Of a stretch of DNA of 50,596 nucleotides, positions 34,116 to 44,557 are shown piece by piece (within the stretch, counting starts at the first letter, position 1; each line of letters opens with the position of its first letter). The notes under the pieces were generated by a model. That model was not told the origin of the DNA. It did no database searches and was given only the letters and a program-made list of their open reading frames with translations. Origin of the DNA: a virus (Duplodnaviria > Caudoviricetes); IMG/VR virus record IMGVR_UViG_3300048849_000152, positions 1 through 50,596 of that record. One strand, given 5' to 3'. Both the position numbers and the translations under genes were made by a program.

Positions 34116-36713
34116 ATGGCTGTGAGCTCCGGGAAAGAGGTCGGGCGGGTATCTCTCCGGGTGCTCCCGAACGCGACGAAGTTCCGTGACGATCTTCGGC
34201 TGATGATCAAGCGCGTCGAGGGATCGATGGCGCTGAACTTGAAGGTCGAGGCCGATACTCGCCCGGCGGAGCGCGCGGTCGACAAGCTGCGCGACGACAT
34301 CAAAAAACGTGCCGCCGATCTGAAGGTCGACGCGAAGACCCTGAAGGCAAGCGCGGACATCGCGCGAGCTGCCCGGGACCGACGCGTCACGATCGCGGTT
34401 GACGTGAGTAAGGCGTCCCTCGTGAAGGTGGCGTCCGTCCTGGCTGCGCTTTCGGGCGCACGCCTCGTCGGGGACACCTTCAAGAACATCGGTGAGAGCC
34501 TCGCGAACATCGACCGGAACCTTCCGAAGATCGCCCTCATGGCGACCACGATCGCGTCGCTCGGTTCCGGTGCTCTCAGCGCCCTCGCCGGGCTGATCAC
34601 CCTTGGTGGCGGCATCGCGCAGGTCGCCGGCCTGGGCCTCGCGCTGCCCGGCATCTTCGGCGGCGTCATCGCGTCCTTCGCGGTGCTGTTCGTGGCTCTG
34701 AGGAACGCGCCGACCGTGCTTGAGCCGTTGAAGCAGTCGTTCCTCGACCTCGGCGCGACGATCAACGACTCGTTCTGGGCGCGCGCGGCCGATCCGATCA
34801 TGTCGTTCGTCAACGGCATCCTGCCGCAACTCCGCGACGGCCTGAGCGGCGTCAGCAACTCACTAGGCGCGTTCACGCAGCGTCTCGCGGACTCGTTCGC
34901 GGCATCGTTCGGGAGCGACCGGCTCGCCGTGATGTTCAACAGCCTCGCGCAGGCGATCGACATCGCGAGCACTGGTACTGACGCGTTCGCGAATACCATC
35001 ACGACGCTCGGCATCTTCGGCGCTGCGTATCTGCCTCGCCTGGCACAGTTCTTCACTGACATCGGTAATCAGTTCAACGCGTTTCTCACGCAGGCCGCCG
35101 GCGATGGTCGCCTGAACCTTTGGGTCGAGAACGGGATCACCGCGCTTGGGTTGCTCGCGAGCTCGATCGGGTCGATCGCTCAGATCTTCGCGGGCATCAA
35201 CGACGCGGCGATGGCCGCTGGCGGTGGGGGTCTGGCGCAGTTCGCCGCGGTGCTGGCCACCGTCGCGGGCATCATCAATGGGCCGGTCTTCCAGTCCGCC
35301 CTCACCACGATCCTCGCCGGTGCGAACGCAGGCTTCTCGGCGCTCGCTGGCGCGCTTGGTCCGATCGGTGACGCGATCTCGACGCTCGCGCCCACGATCG
35401 CTGGGGTGCTCACCACGGCCGGGCAGGCTCTCGGCGGCTTCCTCACGGCGATCGCTGGGGCGTTGGAGACTCCCGCGTTCCAGGAGGGCCTCACGGCCTT
35501 CTTTGATGGCATCAAGTCTGGGATGGATGCGATCGGGCCCGCCCTGCCAGCGGTCGCCGGCGCGCTCGGGACGCTCGGTAAGGTCGTCGGTCAACTGGCC
35601 GCAACGGTGGGTCCCGTGCTCGCGGCAGCCCTCACAGCAATCGCGCCGCTGTTCACGGATCTGCTCACGCAGATCTCTCCGCTGATTCCGATCCTCGGTG
35701 ACGCCTTGATCGAGTCGATTGAGGCGCTCGCGCCTGCGCTGCTGTCGTTGGCTCAGGAGGTGTTCCCGCCGCTCGTCGCCGCGGTAATCAGTCTCGCTCC
35801 GCTGCTGCCATCGCTCGTGACCTTCTTCGCTCAGCTGCTGGCTGCGACAGGTCCGATGGCTGCTTCGCTGCTCGAGTCGCTGCTGCCCGCGTTCACGACA
35901 CTGGTCCCTGCGCTGATCACCATGATCGATTCGCTGACCCCGCTGCTTCAGTACCTGCCCCTGCTGGCAACGAACATCCAAATCCTGGCCGCGATCATCT
36001 CCTCGGTGCTCGTGGTCGCGTTCTCGATCCTGCAGCTGGCCTGGACAACTTTCACCGCGCTCATCACGGGCGACTGGTCAAAGTTCGCGTCGACCATCAC
36101 CGGAATCACCAACAATCTGGGTTCGAATCTCGGCGGCATCTGGCAAGGCGTGGTCGACTCTGTCACCCGGATCGTCACGAGTCTGGGTCCGAAGCTGCTA
36201 TCCGCGGTTGGGAACGCCTGGAATGGCGTCGTCGGCTTCTTCTCAGGCGCAGGTAGCTGGCTGGTCGACGCGGGAGCGTCCATCATTCAGGGACTCGTCA
36301 ACGGCATCAACAGCAGGATCGGCGCGGCCAGGGCTGCCGCCGAGAACGCGATGAGCGCTATCCGGAACTTCTTCCCGTTCTCGCCGGCGAAGGAGGGCCC
36401 ATTCTCGGGTCGCGGGTGGACGCTCTACTCCGGTCGAGCGCTCATGGACGGCTACGCCGAAGGCATCGAGTCGAAGAAGGCCAGGCTCCGCTCCGCGGTG
36501 TCGTCGACTCTCGGCTCCGCCGCCCTCTCGGGTACCGGTTCTGTTCAGCTCCGAGGGCAGACGGCGGTCGCCGGCGCCGGGTTCCCGGGCGAGGTCACCT
36601 TGCTCGACGCCGACGGATCGATCCTCACGAAGGCGAAGGTCATCGCGAAGAACACCGTGGACGAGAACGACGATGACACCCGGGTTGGCCTCGAGAACGG
36701 AAAGCGACGCTGA
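34116..36713 (+). CDS. Tape measure protein
   Basis: 865 aa, Ala/Gly/Leu-rich amphipathic repeats; EVGRVSLRVLP start; PFSPAKEGP. Confidence 0.95.
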   Translation: MAVSSGKEVGRVSLRVLPNATKFRDDLRLMIKRVEGSMALNLKVEADTRPAERAVDKLRDDIKKRAADLKVDAKTLKASADIARAARDRRVTIAVDVSKASLVKVASVLAALSGARLVGDTFKNIGESLANIDRNLPKIALMATTIASLGSGALSALAGLITLGGGIAQVAGLGLALPGIFGGVIASFAVLFVALRNAPTVLEPLKQSFLDLGATINDSFWARAADPIMSFVNGILPQLRDGLSGVSNSLGAFTQRLADSFAASFGSDRLAVMFNSLAQAIDIASTGTDAFANTITTLGIFGAAYLPRLAQFFTDIGNQFNAFLTQAAGDGRLNLWVENGITALGLLASSIGSIAQIFAGINDAAMAAGGGGLAQFAAVLATVAGIINGPVFQSALTTILAGANAGFSALAGALGPIGDAISTLAPTIAGVLTTAGQALGGFLTAIAGALETPAFQEGLTAFFDGIKSGMDAIGPALPAVAGALGTLGKVVGQLAATVGPVLAAALTAIAPLFTDLLTQISPLIPILGDALIESIEALAPALLSLAQEVFPPLVAAVISLAPLLPSLVTFFAQLLAATGPMAASLLESLLPAFTTLVPALITMIDSLTPLLQYLPLLATNIQILAAIISSVLVVAFSILQLAWTTFTALITGDWSKFASTITGITNNLGSNLGGIWQGVVDSVTRIVTSLGPKLLSAVGNAWNGVVGFFSGAGSWLVDAGASIIQGLVNGINSRIGAARAAAENAMSAIRNFFPFSPAKEGPFSGRGWTLYSGRALMDGYAEGIESKKARLRSAVSSTLGSAALSGTGSVQLRGQTAVAGAGFPGEVTLLDADGSILTKAKVIAKNTVDENDDDTRVGLENGKRR

Positions 36714-37534
36714 TGGTTGACGCAACGCTCACCCCGTATCTCGATGGCCTGCCCGCGGTGGAGGTGTTCTTCTCGAACTTCGGTCCAGAAGTGCACCACC
36801 ACACCATCTACCGGCTCAGCGGGAACCGGATGACGGTCGTGCGCGGTGCGATCGAGATCGCGACCGACGTCGCCGTACTGGACTACGAGGCCCCGCTCGG
36901 GGTGTCGTTCAGGTACGCCACGGAGATGTTCACTGCCGCCGGCGGGAGCCTCGGGTTCGCGAGCAGTGAGCAGACCATCTTGAACATCAAGCGTGCGTTC
37001 GTGCATCAGCCGTTGAACCCGCAGATGTGGGTCTCACCCACCGTCATGGTGGAGACGGCTGCGGTGATCACTCGGCCTCTCCCCTCGGAGGTCGTGTACG
37101 TCGAGGACGCATCTGTCGGCCGCCGCATCGGGTCGCGCAGGCAGGGCATCACGGGGATGGACATGGTGTTCGAGACAGGCACGCTCGAGCATGCCGACGC
37201 GATGCAGAGCATGCTCGGTTCCTACGAGATGCAGCAGGTCGGCACCCTGTGTGTGCGGATGCCGCCGCCGATGCGGATCCCGTCGACGTTCTTCGCGTCC
37301 GTGCGCGACCTCGACGAGGTCATGGTCAACATCCACCGGCGCGGCACCATCACCCGCTTCGAGATGGTCGTCGACGAGACCGCGGGCCCGTACGCGGCGC
37401 TCGTGGTGCCGCTGCTGACCTACGACGACATCGACGCCGCCTACGCCACCTACGACCTCCGAGACGCCGCCTACGCCACGTACACGGACGCCGACCGCGA
37501 CTACTCACTGGCTGGCTACGGCGGAGACAACTGA
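36713..37534 (+). CDS. Distal tail (Dit-like) protein
   Basis: DYEAPLG..Y motif; C-terminal TYDDI..AYATY repeats; follows tape measure. Confidence 0.75.
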   Translation: MVDATLTPYLDGLPAVEVFFSNFGPEVHHHTIYRLSGNRMTVVRGAIEIATDVAVLDYEAPLGVSFRYATEMFTAAGGSLGFASSEQTILNIKRAFVHQPLNPQMWVSPTVMVETAAVITRPLPSEVVYVEDASVGRRIGSRRQGITGMDMVFETGTLEHADAMQSMLGSYEMQQVGTLCVRMPPPMRIPSTFFASVRDLDEVMVNIHRRGTITRFEMVVDETAGPYAALVVPLLTYDDIDAAYATYDLRDAAYATYTDADRDYSLAGYGGDN

Positions 37535-38652
37535 TGCGCCCCGCGATCGCACTCGACATGCAGGTGCTGACGGCCGACTTCAATCACCACTTCGTCGCCG
37601 ACCTGTTCTATGACGGCCGCCGGCGCATCGCGTCGATCCCGCTCACGGACTTCTCGCTGACTGAGGATGCCGACGCTCTGATCCAGCAGTCAGGGTCGTG
37701 CACGGTGGTCTGGACCGACGAGTGGGCATCATCGCTGTCGCCGGAGACGCTGAGCGACCCCCTCGCTCCCGCCGGCGCCGAGCTGTGGGTCTACTCCGTG
37801 ATCACCACCGGCCCTACGTATAAAACGCGCGTGCCGCTCGGCCAGTACCGGATCACGAACATCCCATCAGCGATGGACGAGGAAATGCTGTTCAACGGGC
37901 AGCGGATCACCCTCGGCTCGGTCGTGAAGGTCGAGTTCAAGGAACGCCTGATCGTGGTGGCCGACGACCGATTCGACCTCCCCGAAGCGACCGCGTCTCT
38001 CTCGTCGGTCTGGGGAGAAGTCGGTCGGATCAGCAACATGCAGATCGTCCGGAACCTCCCCGACTCGACGATCCCTCGGACCATCACCTACGGCGAGGAA
38101 CGCATCGACGGCGTCTACGACCTCCTCGAGCTGATAGGCGGCATCCCGCACGTTCTCTCGGATGGAACGCTCGCGGCCCGGCCGATCAACTGGCCGGACC
38201 CGGTCGCAACCTTGCGGCGCGGCACAGGCGGGCAGATCGTCTCGGTAGGGCGCTCCATGTCGACGGCGCTCGTCTACAACCGGGTCGTCGTGCGCGGCAA
38301 GGCGCAAGATCAGACCATCGTCCTCGCGTCCTCCGAGATCACCTCGGGTCCGTTGCGGGTGCGGAACGCCGACGGGTCGCGGGCACCCTTTGGTCGGAAG
38401 ACGAAGTTCGTGTCATCCGACTACGTGACCACCTACGACCAGGCGAAGCCCTGGGCCGACAGGGAGCTCGCAGCGTCATCACGGCTCCGCTCCACGATCG
38501 TCCCGGTCGTTGCAACGTTCAACCCGTTCTGGGAGCGGGGCGACGTCGTGATCCTCCAGCGAGGCGCACGCGACCTCATCGGCCGGATCTCGAAGATCGA
38601 GCGGAAGGCGACAGGGACGATGAAGATGAACGTCGAGGTCGTCCATGGATAG
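37534..38652 (+). CDS. Baseplate hub / minor tail protein
   Basis: LAP.GAEL, VPLG.YRI, VYNRVVVRG, E.GDVV motifs. Confidence 0.8.
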   Translation: MRPAIALDMQVLTADFNHHFVADLFYDGRRRIASIPLTDFSLTEDADALIQQSGSCTVVWTDEWASSLSPETLSDPLAPAGAELWVYSVITTGPTYKTRVPLGQYRITNIPSAMDEEMLFNGQRITLGSVVKVEFKERLIVVADDRFDLPEATASLSSVWGEVGRISNMQIVRNLPDSTIPRTITYGEERIDGVYDLLELIGGIPHVLSDGTLAARPINWPDPVATLRRGTGGQIVSVGRSMSTALVYNRVVVRGKAQDQTIVLASSEITSGPLRVRNADGSRAPFGRKTKFVSSDYVTTYDQAKPWADRELAASSRLRSTIVPVVATFNPFWERGDVVILQRGARDLIGRISKIERKATGTMKMNVEVVHG

Positions 38653-39535
38653 CACCGGCAAGATCCTCGAACGCATCGGCGCGAAGTCGAAGGTCGAGAT
38701 CCTCACCGGGAAGTTCGTAGGTCTCGACGGTCTGCGGGTGCGGGTCGATTTCGGCGCCGGCCCCGTCCCGATGGAAACCCTCACCGCGTATCGGCCGCAA
38801 GTCAACGAGCTCGTGCAGGTGCTGCGCGTCGACGGGTCCACCTTCATGGTTGGGACGTCGATCCCGCAGCCAGGCCAGGGGGTGGTCGCGTCCATCGTGG
38901 ATGACGACTATGTGACGGTCACGACAGACATCGGCGAGATCCAGATGACCCACCCCGACGGTCTAGCGCTGCTCGCCGGCGACCAGGTCAAGCTCTACTG
39001 GTCCGACGGCCCGTACATCCTCTCTGTGATGGCCACCACCCCGCCGAGGCAGGAGCCGGACGGCGGCACCGACGAAAATCCCACGTCGGGACAGGTCATC
39101 ACCCCGGACCCGTTCACCGCCACGTGGTCGGGGCAGTGGTCGCACACGTACAACAAGTGGCAGTCGAACTACCCGAGAGCCAGCGACACAGTGTCGGGCG
39201 CCTGGGGGTACGGCACGAAGGTCAACGCGACGATCCCGGACGACTCGACGATCATCTCGATCGAGATCTACCTGCCCCTGATCTCGGAGCTCGGCGAGGC
39301 GTACGTCGGCGTGCACGACTACGCAGACCAGCCGCCGGGTTGGACCGGGATTGCGGCGCAGGTTCCGATGCCGGGCCGCTCCGGGTGGGTTCGCCTGCCC
39401 AACGCGTTCGGCGACTGGCTCCGCGTTCACAACGCGGGCATCGCGGTCACGTCCGGGAACGGCGACACCCGATGGGTGGGCTTCCCCGACGACGGATTGT
39501 CCGGCGCCCTGCGCATCAGCTACCAGCTCGCTTAG
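38645..39535 (+). CDS. Minor tail protein
   Basis: Position; GWVRLP...SGALRISY end. Confidence 0.75.
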   Translation: MDSTGKILERIGAKSKVEILTGKFVGLDGLRVRVDFGAGPVPMETLTAYRPQVNELVQVLRVDGSTFMVGTSIPQPGQGVVASIVDDDYVTVTTDIGEIQMTHPDGLALLAGDQVKLYWSDGPYILSVMATTPPRQEPDGGTDENPTSGQVITPDPFTATWSGQWSHTYNKWQSNYPRASDTVSGAWGYGTKVNATIPDDSTIISIEIYLPLISELGEAYVGVHDYADQPPGWTGIAAQVPMPGRSGWVRLPNAFGDWLRVHNAGIAVTSGNGDTRWVGFPDDGLSGALRISYQLA

Positions 39536-39543
39536 GAGACCTC

Positions 39544-40101
39544 ATGGGCTACACCAACGGAACCGGCCCGGACGGCACGCCGTCATTCAACAACACACCG
39601 CAGCTGACCTCGGACCTCAACCGCCTCCGAGATCTCACGCTCGAGCGCGGCAACGCCAGGGTGGGCACGACAGCCGATCAGGCGTCACTCCCGCCGGCGC
39701 GGGGCCTGTTCCTCAACCTCAACGACGGATTCCTCTACGGAGGGTTCCTGGGGGACTGGTACCCGATCGCCGGCCTCTCGTCCCAGGGCGCTCTCGGTCA
39801 TTCGCCGGGAGTGACCGGCAACGTCCCGCTCGAGTTCCTGCGGAAGGACCACCTCGGGATGGTCGAGTTCTACTGGTCCGGCACGTACGTGAACAACCTC
39901 GCGAACGGGTCCCTGATCGGCAACGTGCCCGCCGGGTTCCGGCCGCCCGCGACCGTCGACCTGCCCGCTGCGGGAACGCAAGGCGCCGGTGGCCCCTGCA
40001 TCGTGACGGTGCAGGCGAACGGCAACATCACGGTCTACGTCGAGGCAGAGATCGTCGTCCGAAAGATCAGCTTCTACGCGAAGTACCCAGTCGGATCTTG
40101 A
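39544..40101 (+). CDS. Tail fibre / receptor-binding-like protein
   Basis: IGNVPAGFRP...VTVQANGNI C-terminal head-domain motif. Confidence 0.7.
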   Translation: MGYTNGTGPDGTPSFNNTPQLTSDLNRLRDLTLERGNARVGTTADQASLPPARGLFLNLNDGFLYGGFLGDWYPIAGLSSQGALGHSPGVTGNVPLEFLRKDHLGMVEFYWSGTYVNNLANGSLIGNVPAGFRPPATVDLPAAGTQGAGGPCIVTVQANGNITVYVEAEIVVRKISFYAKYPVGS

Positions 40102-40123
40102 CCCAACCCTCTTAGGAGCTCTC

Positions 40124-40987
40124 ATGGTCGCATCACTCGCTTGGGGCGGATACGGCAACGGGTACATTCCGGCCGCCGCCCTCAAGCCCATCGGGGGAGG
40201 GTTCCGACTCGAAGCCGGCGCTGCCCGCCAGTTCCTCGGCGCCGCCGCCGAGCTGAAGCGCGATCACGGCATCAACCTCGTCGCGTACGTCTCGGAGACC
40301 TACCGAGACTTCGCAGGTCAGGTCTACCAGAAGATCCGATGGACGAACCTCGGCAAGCCGTGGAATGCCGCCGACCCCGGCGGCTCCATCCACGGGTGGG
40401 CGAAGGCGGTCGACTTCAATGCCGACGCGCTGATGAACGACGGCATCTACGACATCGTCATGGCCGTGCTCGAGAAGTACGGCTTCATCCGCGACGTCGA
40501 CGGCGAGAACTGGCACGTCTCTTTCCGCGAGGCCCGAGTGGCCGAGTGGGCTTCCAGCACCATCACCCCGTTCGAGGAGGACGACATGTACAACGAAACC
40601 GACCGGTACCGCGACAACCTCGTGCTCGCCGCCGCGGCGCGCATCGAACTCAGCCTGTACACGCTGCAGAAGAAGACCGACGCGGTCTCCGCGAAGGACG
40701 ACCTGCTGCTGTGGGCGACGACCGACCCGCAGGGCGGCATCCGCACGATGGTGCAGTCGGCCATTAACCTGTCCGAGAAGGTGCTGCAGGGGCAGACCCT
40801 GACCGCGGACGAGATCGCGAAGCTCGGGCATCTCGTGGAGCAGCCGAAGCAGCTCGTCGACGCCGTCAACGCGGTCGGCACCACCGACGACATCGAAGCG
40901 GCCGCCCGGGCAAAGCTCGCGACCAAGCCGTCGATCCTCGCCGAGTCGGAGAAGCTGGCGCAGCTGAACGTTCCGCTGACCGTCTGA
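40124..40987 (+). CDS. Endolysin, peptidase M15 family
   Basis: NGYIP, YR..A.Q, SIHGWAKAVD, ENWH zinc-peptidase motifs. Confidence 0.9.
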   Translation: MVASLAWGGYGNGYIPAAALKPIGGGFRLEAGAARQFLGAAAELKRDHGINLVAYVSETYRDFAGQVYQKIRWTNLGKPWNAADPGGSIHGWAKAVDFNADALMNDGIYDIVMAVLEKYGFIRDVDGENWHVSFREARVAEWASSTITPFEEDDMYNETDRYRDNLVLAAAARIELSLYTLQKKTDAVSAKDDLLLWATTDPQGGIRTMVQSAINLSEKVLQGQTLTADEIAKLGHLVEQPKQLVDAVNAVGTTDDIEAAARAKLATKPSILAESEKLAQLNVPLTV

Positions 40988-41015
40988 CCCGCTCTCGACC
41001 CTGAGAGGGGTGCTC

Positions 41016-41468
41016 ATGCGTCGACTGTTCGCCGCTTCCATCTGGGCGCCAGGCGCGATTCCGTTGGACGAGTGGAAGTACCGCAACCTGAAGCGGGTGT
41101 GGCTGCCGGTCTACGATGTCGTCGCGATCGTCGCCGGATATTTTGCCTTCGACCAGGGCTCGAACCTGCTGAACCGGCTCTTTGACTCCTGGTTCGTTGA
41201 CCTCTTCGGCGTGGCGATGATGATCGTCGCCGGAGTGTGCCTGGCGGGCGTCGCGTTTCCCGCGCTCTGGGCGGTCGAGATGCTCGGGAAGGTGCTCCTG
41301 CTCGGCATGGTCGTCAGCTACATCGCGTCGATCCTGTTCCTGAGCGCCGAGCCGTTCTCGAACTCGTTCGTCGTCGCGATGCTCGCCTGGGGTCTCCCGC
41401 TGGCACTGTTCCGGCTCAACCTCCTTGGCGAGGAGTGGAAGGAACGCAACGAAGAGGCCGCAGCATGA
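41016..41468 (+). CDS. Four-TM membrane protein of lysis cassette
   Basis: Four hydrophobic segments; follows endolysin. Confidence 0.75.
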   Translation: MRRLFAASIWAPGAIPLDEWKYRNLKRVWLPVYDVVAIVAGYFAFDQGSNLLNRLFDSWFVDLFGVAMMIVAGVCLAGVAFPALWAVEMLGKVLLLGMVVSYIASILFLSAEPFSNSFVVAMLAWGLPLALFRLNLLGEEWKERNEEAAA

Positions 41469-41836
41469 GCCCCGAGCAGTGGATCGCGGGCATCGTCGTC
41501 GCGGTCCTCGGTCTCGCGGGCTCCGTGTTCGGCGGCCTGGCGCTCCTCGCTGGCACCAGGGGCAAGACGAAATCGGACGCGAAGACCGCGCTCGATGCCC
41601 GGATCGACGCGCGGGTCAAGGCCGAGCTCGATCGCGTCTACACCCGCCTCGACGAGTTCGAGAACCGGGACGTGCGACGCACGAGCGCCTTCACGCGCAT
41701 CCTCCGCGCTATCGCCGCCCAATGGACCGGCGAATCGACCGGCCCCAACCTCGACCCGGCGGACATCGCCGAGATCGAGGACACCATCCCGCCGCAGTGG
41801 ATTCGCCGCGGCGGCTACCTCACGCCCAAGGAGTAG
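41465..41836 (+). CDS. N-terminal TM coiled-coil protein of lysis cassette
   Basis: WIAGIVVAVLGLAGSVFGGLALL; ATGA-coupled. Confidence 0.75.
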   Translation: MSPEQWIAGIVVAVLGLAGSVFGGLALLAGTRGKTKSDAKTALDARIDARVKAELDRVYTRLDEFENRDVRRTSAFTRILRAIAAQWTGESTGPNLDPADIAEIEDTIPPQWIRRGGYLTPKE

Positions 41837-41839
41837 ATC

Positions 41840-42124
41840 ATGTTCACCCTCATCTTCTGGAAGGCCGCCACCAAGCGCGCCATCAAGTCCGGCGCCCAGT
41901 TCGTGCTCATCACGATCGGGTTCGGGCTCATCGCCGGCACGCAGCCGACCGAGACCGCGCAGACGCTCAACGCGTTCACCCTGAACTACCTCACCATCGG
42001 CGGGGTGTTCCTCGGCGGCGCGATCGTCTCCTACCTCACCTCGATCGTTTCGGACGCCGCGACCGGCGGCACCGGTCCGTCGCTGACGAAGGTCGAAACC
42101 ATCGAACCGAAGCGCGCCGCCTGA
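41840..42124 (+). CDS. Holin (r1t-like)
   Basis: MFT..FWKAA..RAIK..AQ...SYLTSI...GPSL. Confidence 0.88.
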   Translation: MFTLIFWKAATKRAIKSGAQFVLITIGFGLIAGTQPTETAQTLNAFTLNYLTIGGVFLGGAIVSYLTSIVSDAATGGTGPSLTKVETIEPKRAA

Positions 42125-42153
42125 TCGCTCTCGACGCCCGAAAGGGGTGAACC

Positions 42154-42801
42154 ATGGCTCTACCTGCTGGAGTAGCCACGTGCACGGTCTCGTGGGGCCG
42201 CTCGATGGACGTGGTCGGAGACTACGCCTCAGCGAAGATCGAGATCACCATCGATCGCCCAATCGTGTGGCTCGCGACCGCTGACCGGATCGAGACATTC
42301 CGGGCGCAGAAGGAGTCCGCCGAGGGTGTGACCGGGGCGTTGGTGATCCCGCAGAACTACCAGGAGGGCTTTGTCGAGGCTCGTGACCCGTCGGTTGCGG
42401 TGGAGGGGTGGTACTACACCGCCCGCGTCACCGTCACACGCGGGCGCGAGAACCTTCCCGCATATGTGAAGCGGTTCCAGATCGCCGAGGGTCAGACCGA
42501 GATCGATCTGGATCTGATCCCCGATAACGGGACAGTGACGCCCCCGGTAACGGCTCCACTGGTACCGGTGACATCTGTGAACGGGATGACGGGCGCGGTC
42601 ACCGTCGATAGTGGCTCGCTGACTGAGGACCCTGACCACCCGAGCTACTACGCGGCTGAAGGCGTCGACGGCCTGGTAGCAACTGTCGACGAGGACCTGA
42701 ACCTTCCGCAGCCGAGCAGGGTGGCTCTCACTCAGTCGCCAGAATTCACAGAGTCCGTGAAAGCGGCGGCGCGCCGCCTCGCGCTGATCTTCTCGAGCTA
42801 G
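42154..42801 (+). CDS. Putative tail appendage / adaptor protein
   Basis: MALPAGV.T.TV start; VTSVNGMTGAV fibre motif. Confidence 0.65.
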   Translation: MALPAGVATCTVSWGRSMDVVGDYASAKIEITIDRPIVWLATADRIETFRAQKESAEGVTGALVIPQNYQEGFVEARDPSVAVEGWYYTARVTVTRGRENLPAYVKRFQIAEGQTEIDLDLIPDNGTVTPPVTAPLVPVTSVNGMTGAVTVDSGSLTEDPDHPSYYAAEGVDGLVATVDEDLNLPQPSRVALTQSPEFTESVKAAARRLALIFSS

Positions 42802-42813
42802 GAGCAGAACACC

Positions 42814-43191
42814 ATGGCAAGCTACGTCCCTACGTTCGACAAGGCCGGCACGTCTGTGATCACCCAGGGCATCCTCGCCGCGGGCACGCTCACCAACGCG
42901 GCTGTGTCGGTCTACACAGTGCCCACCGGCAAGATGGTCGTTCCGGCTTCGTTCATCCTCTCGAACCAGGTATCGTCGGCGGCCCTGGTTTCTCTCTGGA
43001 TCGTGCCGCCCGGAGAGACAGCCGTACCTCAGAACCGGCTCATGAACAACGTCAGCATCCCGGTCAAGGAGATCTGGAACCTCACTGAGCACGTCGGGGC
43101 AATGTGGACGGCCGCAACCCAGATTGTGATGCAGTCCACGACTGGCACGGACTTCGTCAACTACCAGCTCACCGGATCGGTCTGGTCATGA
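42814..43191 (+). CDS. Small beta-rich protein
   Basis: VYTVPTGK; AGGAG RBS. Confidence 0.7.
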   Translation: MASYVPTFDKAGTSVITQGILAAGTLTNAAVSVYTVPTGKMVVPASFILSNQVSSAALVSLWIVPPGETAVPQNRLMNNVSIPVKEIWNLTEHVGAMWTAATQIVMQSTTGTDFVNYQLTGSVWS

Positions 43192-44387
43192 CCAGGATCG
43201 GTCGCCTCAACGCGCCCGCCGGGGTCCTCGATATCCCGGCATCCGCCGTCCCCCTGCCCACGGGCCGGACCGGCGCCGGCGTGTACGACTTCCGGGTCAA
43301 CGTATACAACCCGAAGCCTGCCGCCTTCCGCAAACTGCGCACCGCGATCGCTGCGTGTGAGAAGGGCGCAGCCCCCCTCCGTATCCTGACGCTCGGCGAC
43401 TCGATCACTCTCGGCTACCCGTCCGACGGCACGGCGAACTTCCGCACCCACGCCTGGCCGACCGTGGCCCGCACCCGATTGTCGGCGAAGTTCGGCAACG
43501 GCGGCACAGGAATCGTCTACATGGGCGTCCACGGGGGCACGGGTTCCGATCAGGACTCGCGCGTCGTCGCTGCTGGGACGTGGGGCAGCGCGGGCGCGAA
43601 CCTCGGGGCGTTCGGGACCTTCACGCGATCTTCGTCATCGACGTCAGCCACGATCGCGTTCACACCGGAAGTCAGCGTCGATTCGTTCACCTTCTGGTGC
43701 TGGGTGCCCGCCGCTTCCGCCGCCCAGTCCGTCGCCTGGAAGATCGATGGTGGCTCAGAAACAGTCATCGATGTCCTTGCGGCGAACGCGGGCGCGCTCG
43801 GCCAACTCAAGGCGTTCACCGTCCCGGCGGGTGCGCTTGGTGCGCACACCCTCACCCTTCGGGTGAACGGTGGAACCGTGAACCTCTGGGCCATCGAGGG
43901 CATGGCGGGCACGAGCGGTGTGCGGCTCACGAACCTCGCGAAGGGTAGCCAGCAGGCGGCCCAGCTCGCGGCCACGACGAACGGCGCCGGCGGCTCGCTC
44001 GCAGCGGCGTTCCTCGCCCAACCGCATCTGACGAACATCTGGTTCGGACACAACGAGTACCTCGGCGTCCCCTCCGGTACGAACACCAGCGCCTTCCAGA
44101 CGAACATGCAGACGCTCATCACGCAGGCGAAACTCACGGGCGACGTGACGCTGATGACCCAGGTGCCGAACAGCAACACGTCGAACCCGACGGCACAGTC
44201 CGCGTACAACCAGATCGTCTACGGCCTGGCCGACGCCAACGATTGCGCCGTGATCGAGATCGCCGACCGGTGGGGCAGCTACACCGCTATGCCCGCGGCA
44301 ATGTACATCGATACGACCCACCCGAGCAATCAAGGCCTCGACGACATCGCAAACGCATTCCTGGCCGCCATCCCGTTCGGACTCTGA
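43188..44387 (+). CDS. SGNH/GDSL hydrolase (probable virion-associated esterase)
   Basis: LGDSITLG, KGS, FGHNE, DTTHP catalytic blocks with inserted beta-sandwich. Confidence 0.88.
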   Translation: MTRIGRLNAPAGVLDIPASAVPLPTGRTGAGVYDFRVNVYNPKPAAFRKLRTAIAACEKGAAPLRILTLGDSITLGYPSDGTANFRTHAWPTVARTRLSAKFGNGGTGIVYMGVHGGTGSDQDSRVVAAGTWGSAGANLGAFGTFTRSSSSTSATIAFTPEVSVDSFTFWCWVPAASAAQSVAWKIDGGSETVIDVLAANAGALGQLKAFTVPAGALGAHTLTLRVNGGTVNLWAIEGMAGTSGVRLTNLAKGSQQAAQLAATTNGAGGSLAAAFLAQPHLTNIWFGHNEYLGVPSGTNTSAFQTNMQTLITQAKLTGDVTLMTQVPNSNTSNPTAQSAYNQIVYGLADANDCAVIEIADRWGSYTAMPAAMYIDTTHPSNQGLDDIANAFLAAIPFGL

Positions 44388-44400
44388 CGATCAAACCATC

Positions 44401-44440
44401 GAGCCCCTGGCTCTCCTTCGGGAGGGTCAGGGGCTCATTT
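44401..44440 (+). terminator. Late operon terminator
   Basis: GAGCCCCTGGCTCTCC-TTCG-GGAGGGTCAGGGGCTC then ATTT. Confidence 0.85.
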
Positions 44441-44459
44441 CTGCATGGCCACTGCACAG

Positions 44460-44489
44460 AAAAAGGGAGCCAACCGAAGTTGGCTCCCT
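44460..44489 (-). terminator. Intrinsic terminator of HEPN moron
   Basis: AGGGAGCCAAC-CGAA-GTTGGCTCCCT with T-tract on the minus strand. Confidence 0.85.
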
Positions 44490-44557
44490 CTTGGTTGTCC
44501 TGGACTCTACTTACCGAGATCCTGCATGACTTCCCCTTCATACGAGTTGAACACAGA

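Noticed and set aside
37433-37479. 17-bp repeat as a DGR template/variable pair
   Set aside because: Encodes the DAAYATY peptide repeat of the Dit-like protein; no reverse transcriptase motif seen in any ORF
5014-43092. Many long antisense or off-frame ORFs (e.g. 13849-15237, 33728-35062, 34863-35981)
   Set aside because: Typical high-GC shadows of real genes, with no own RBS/promoter or motifs
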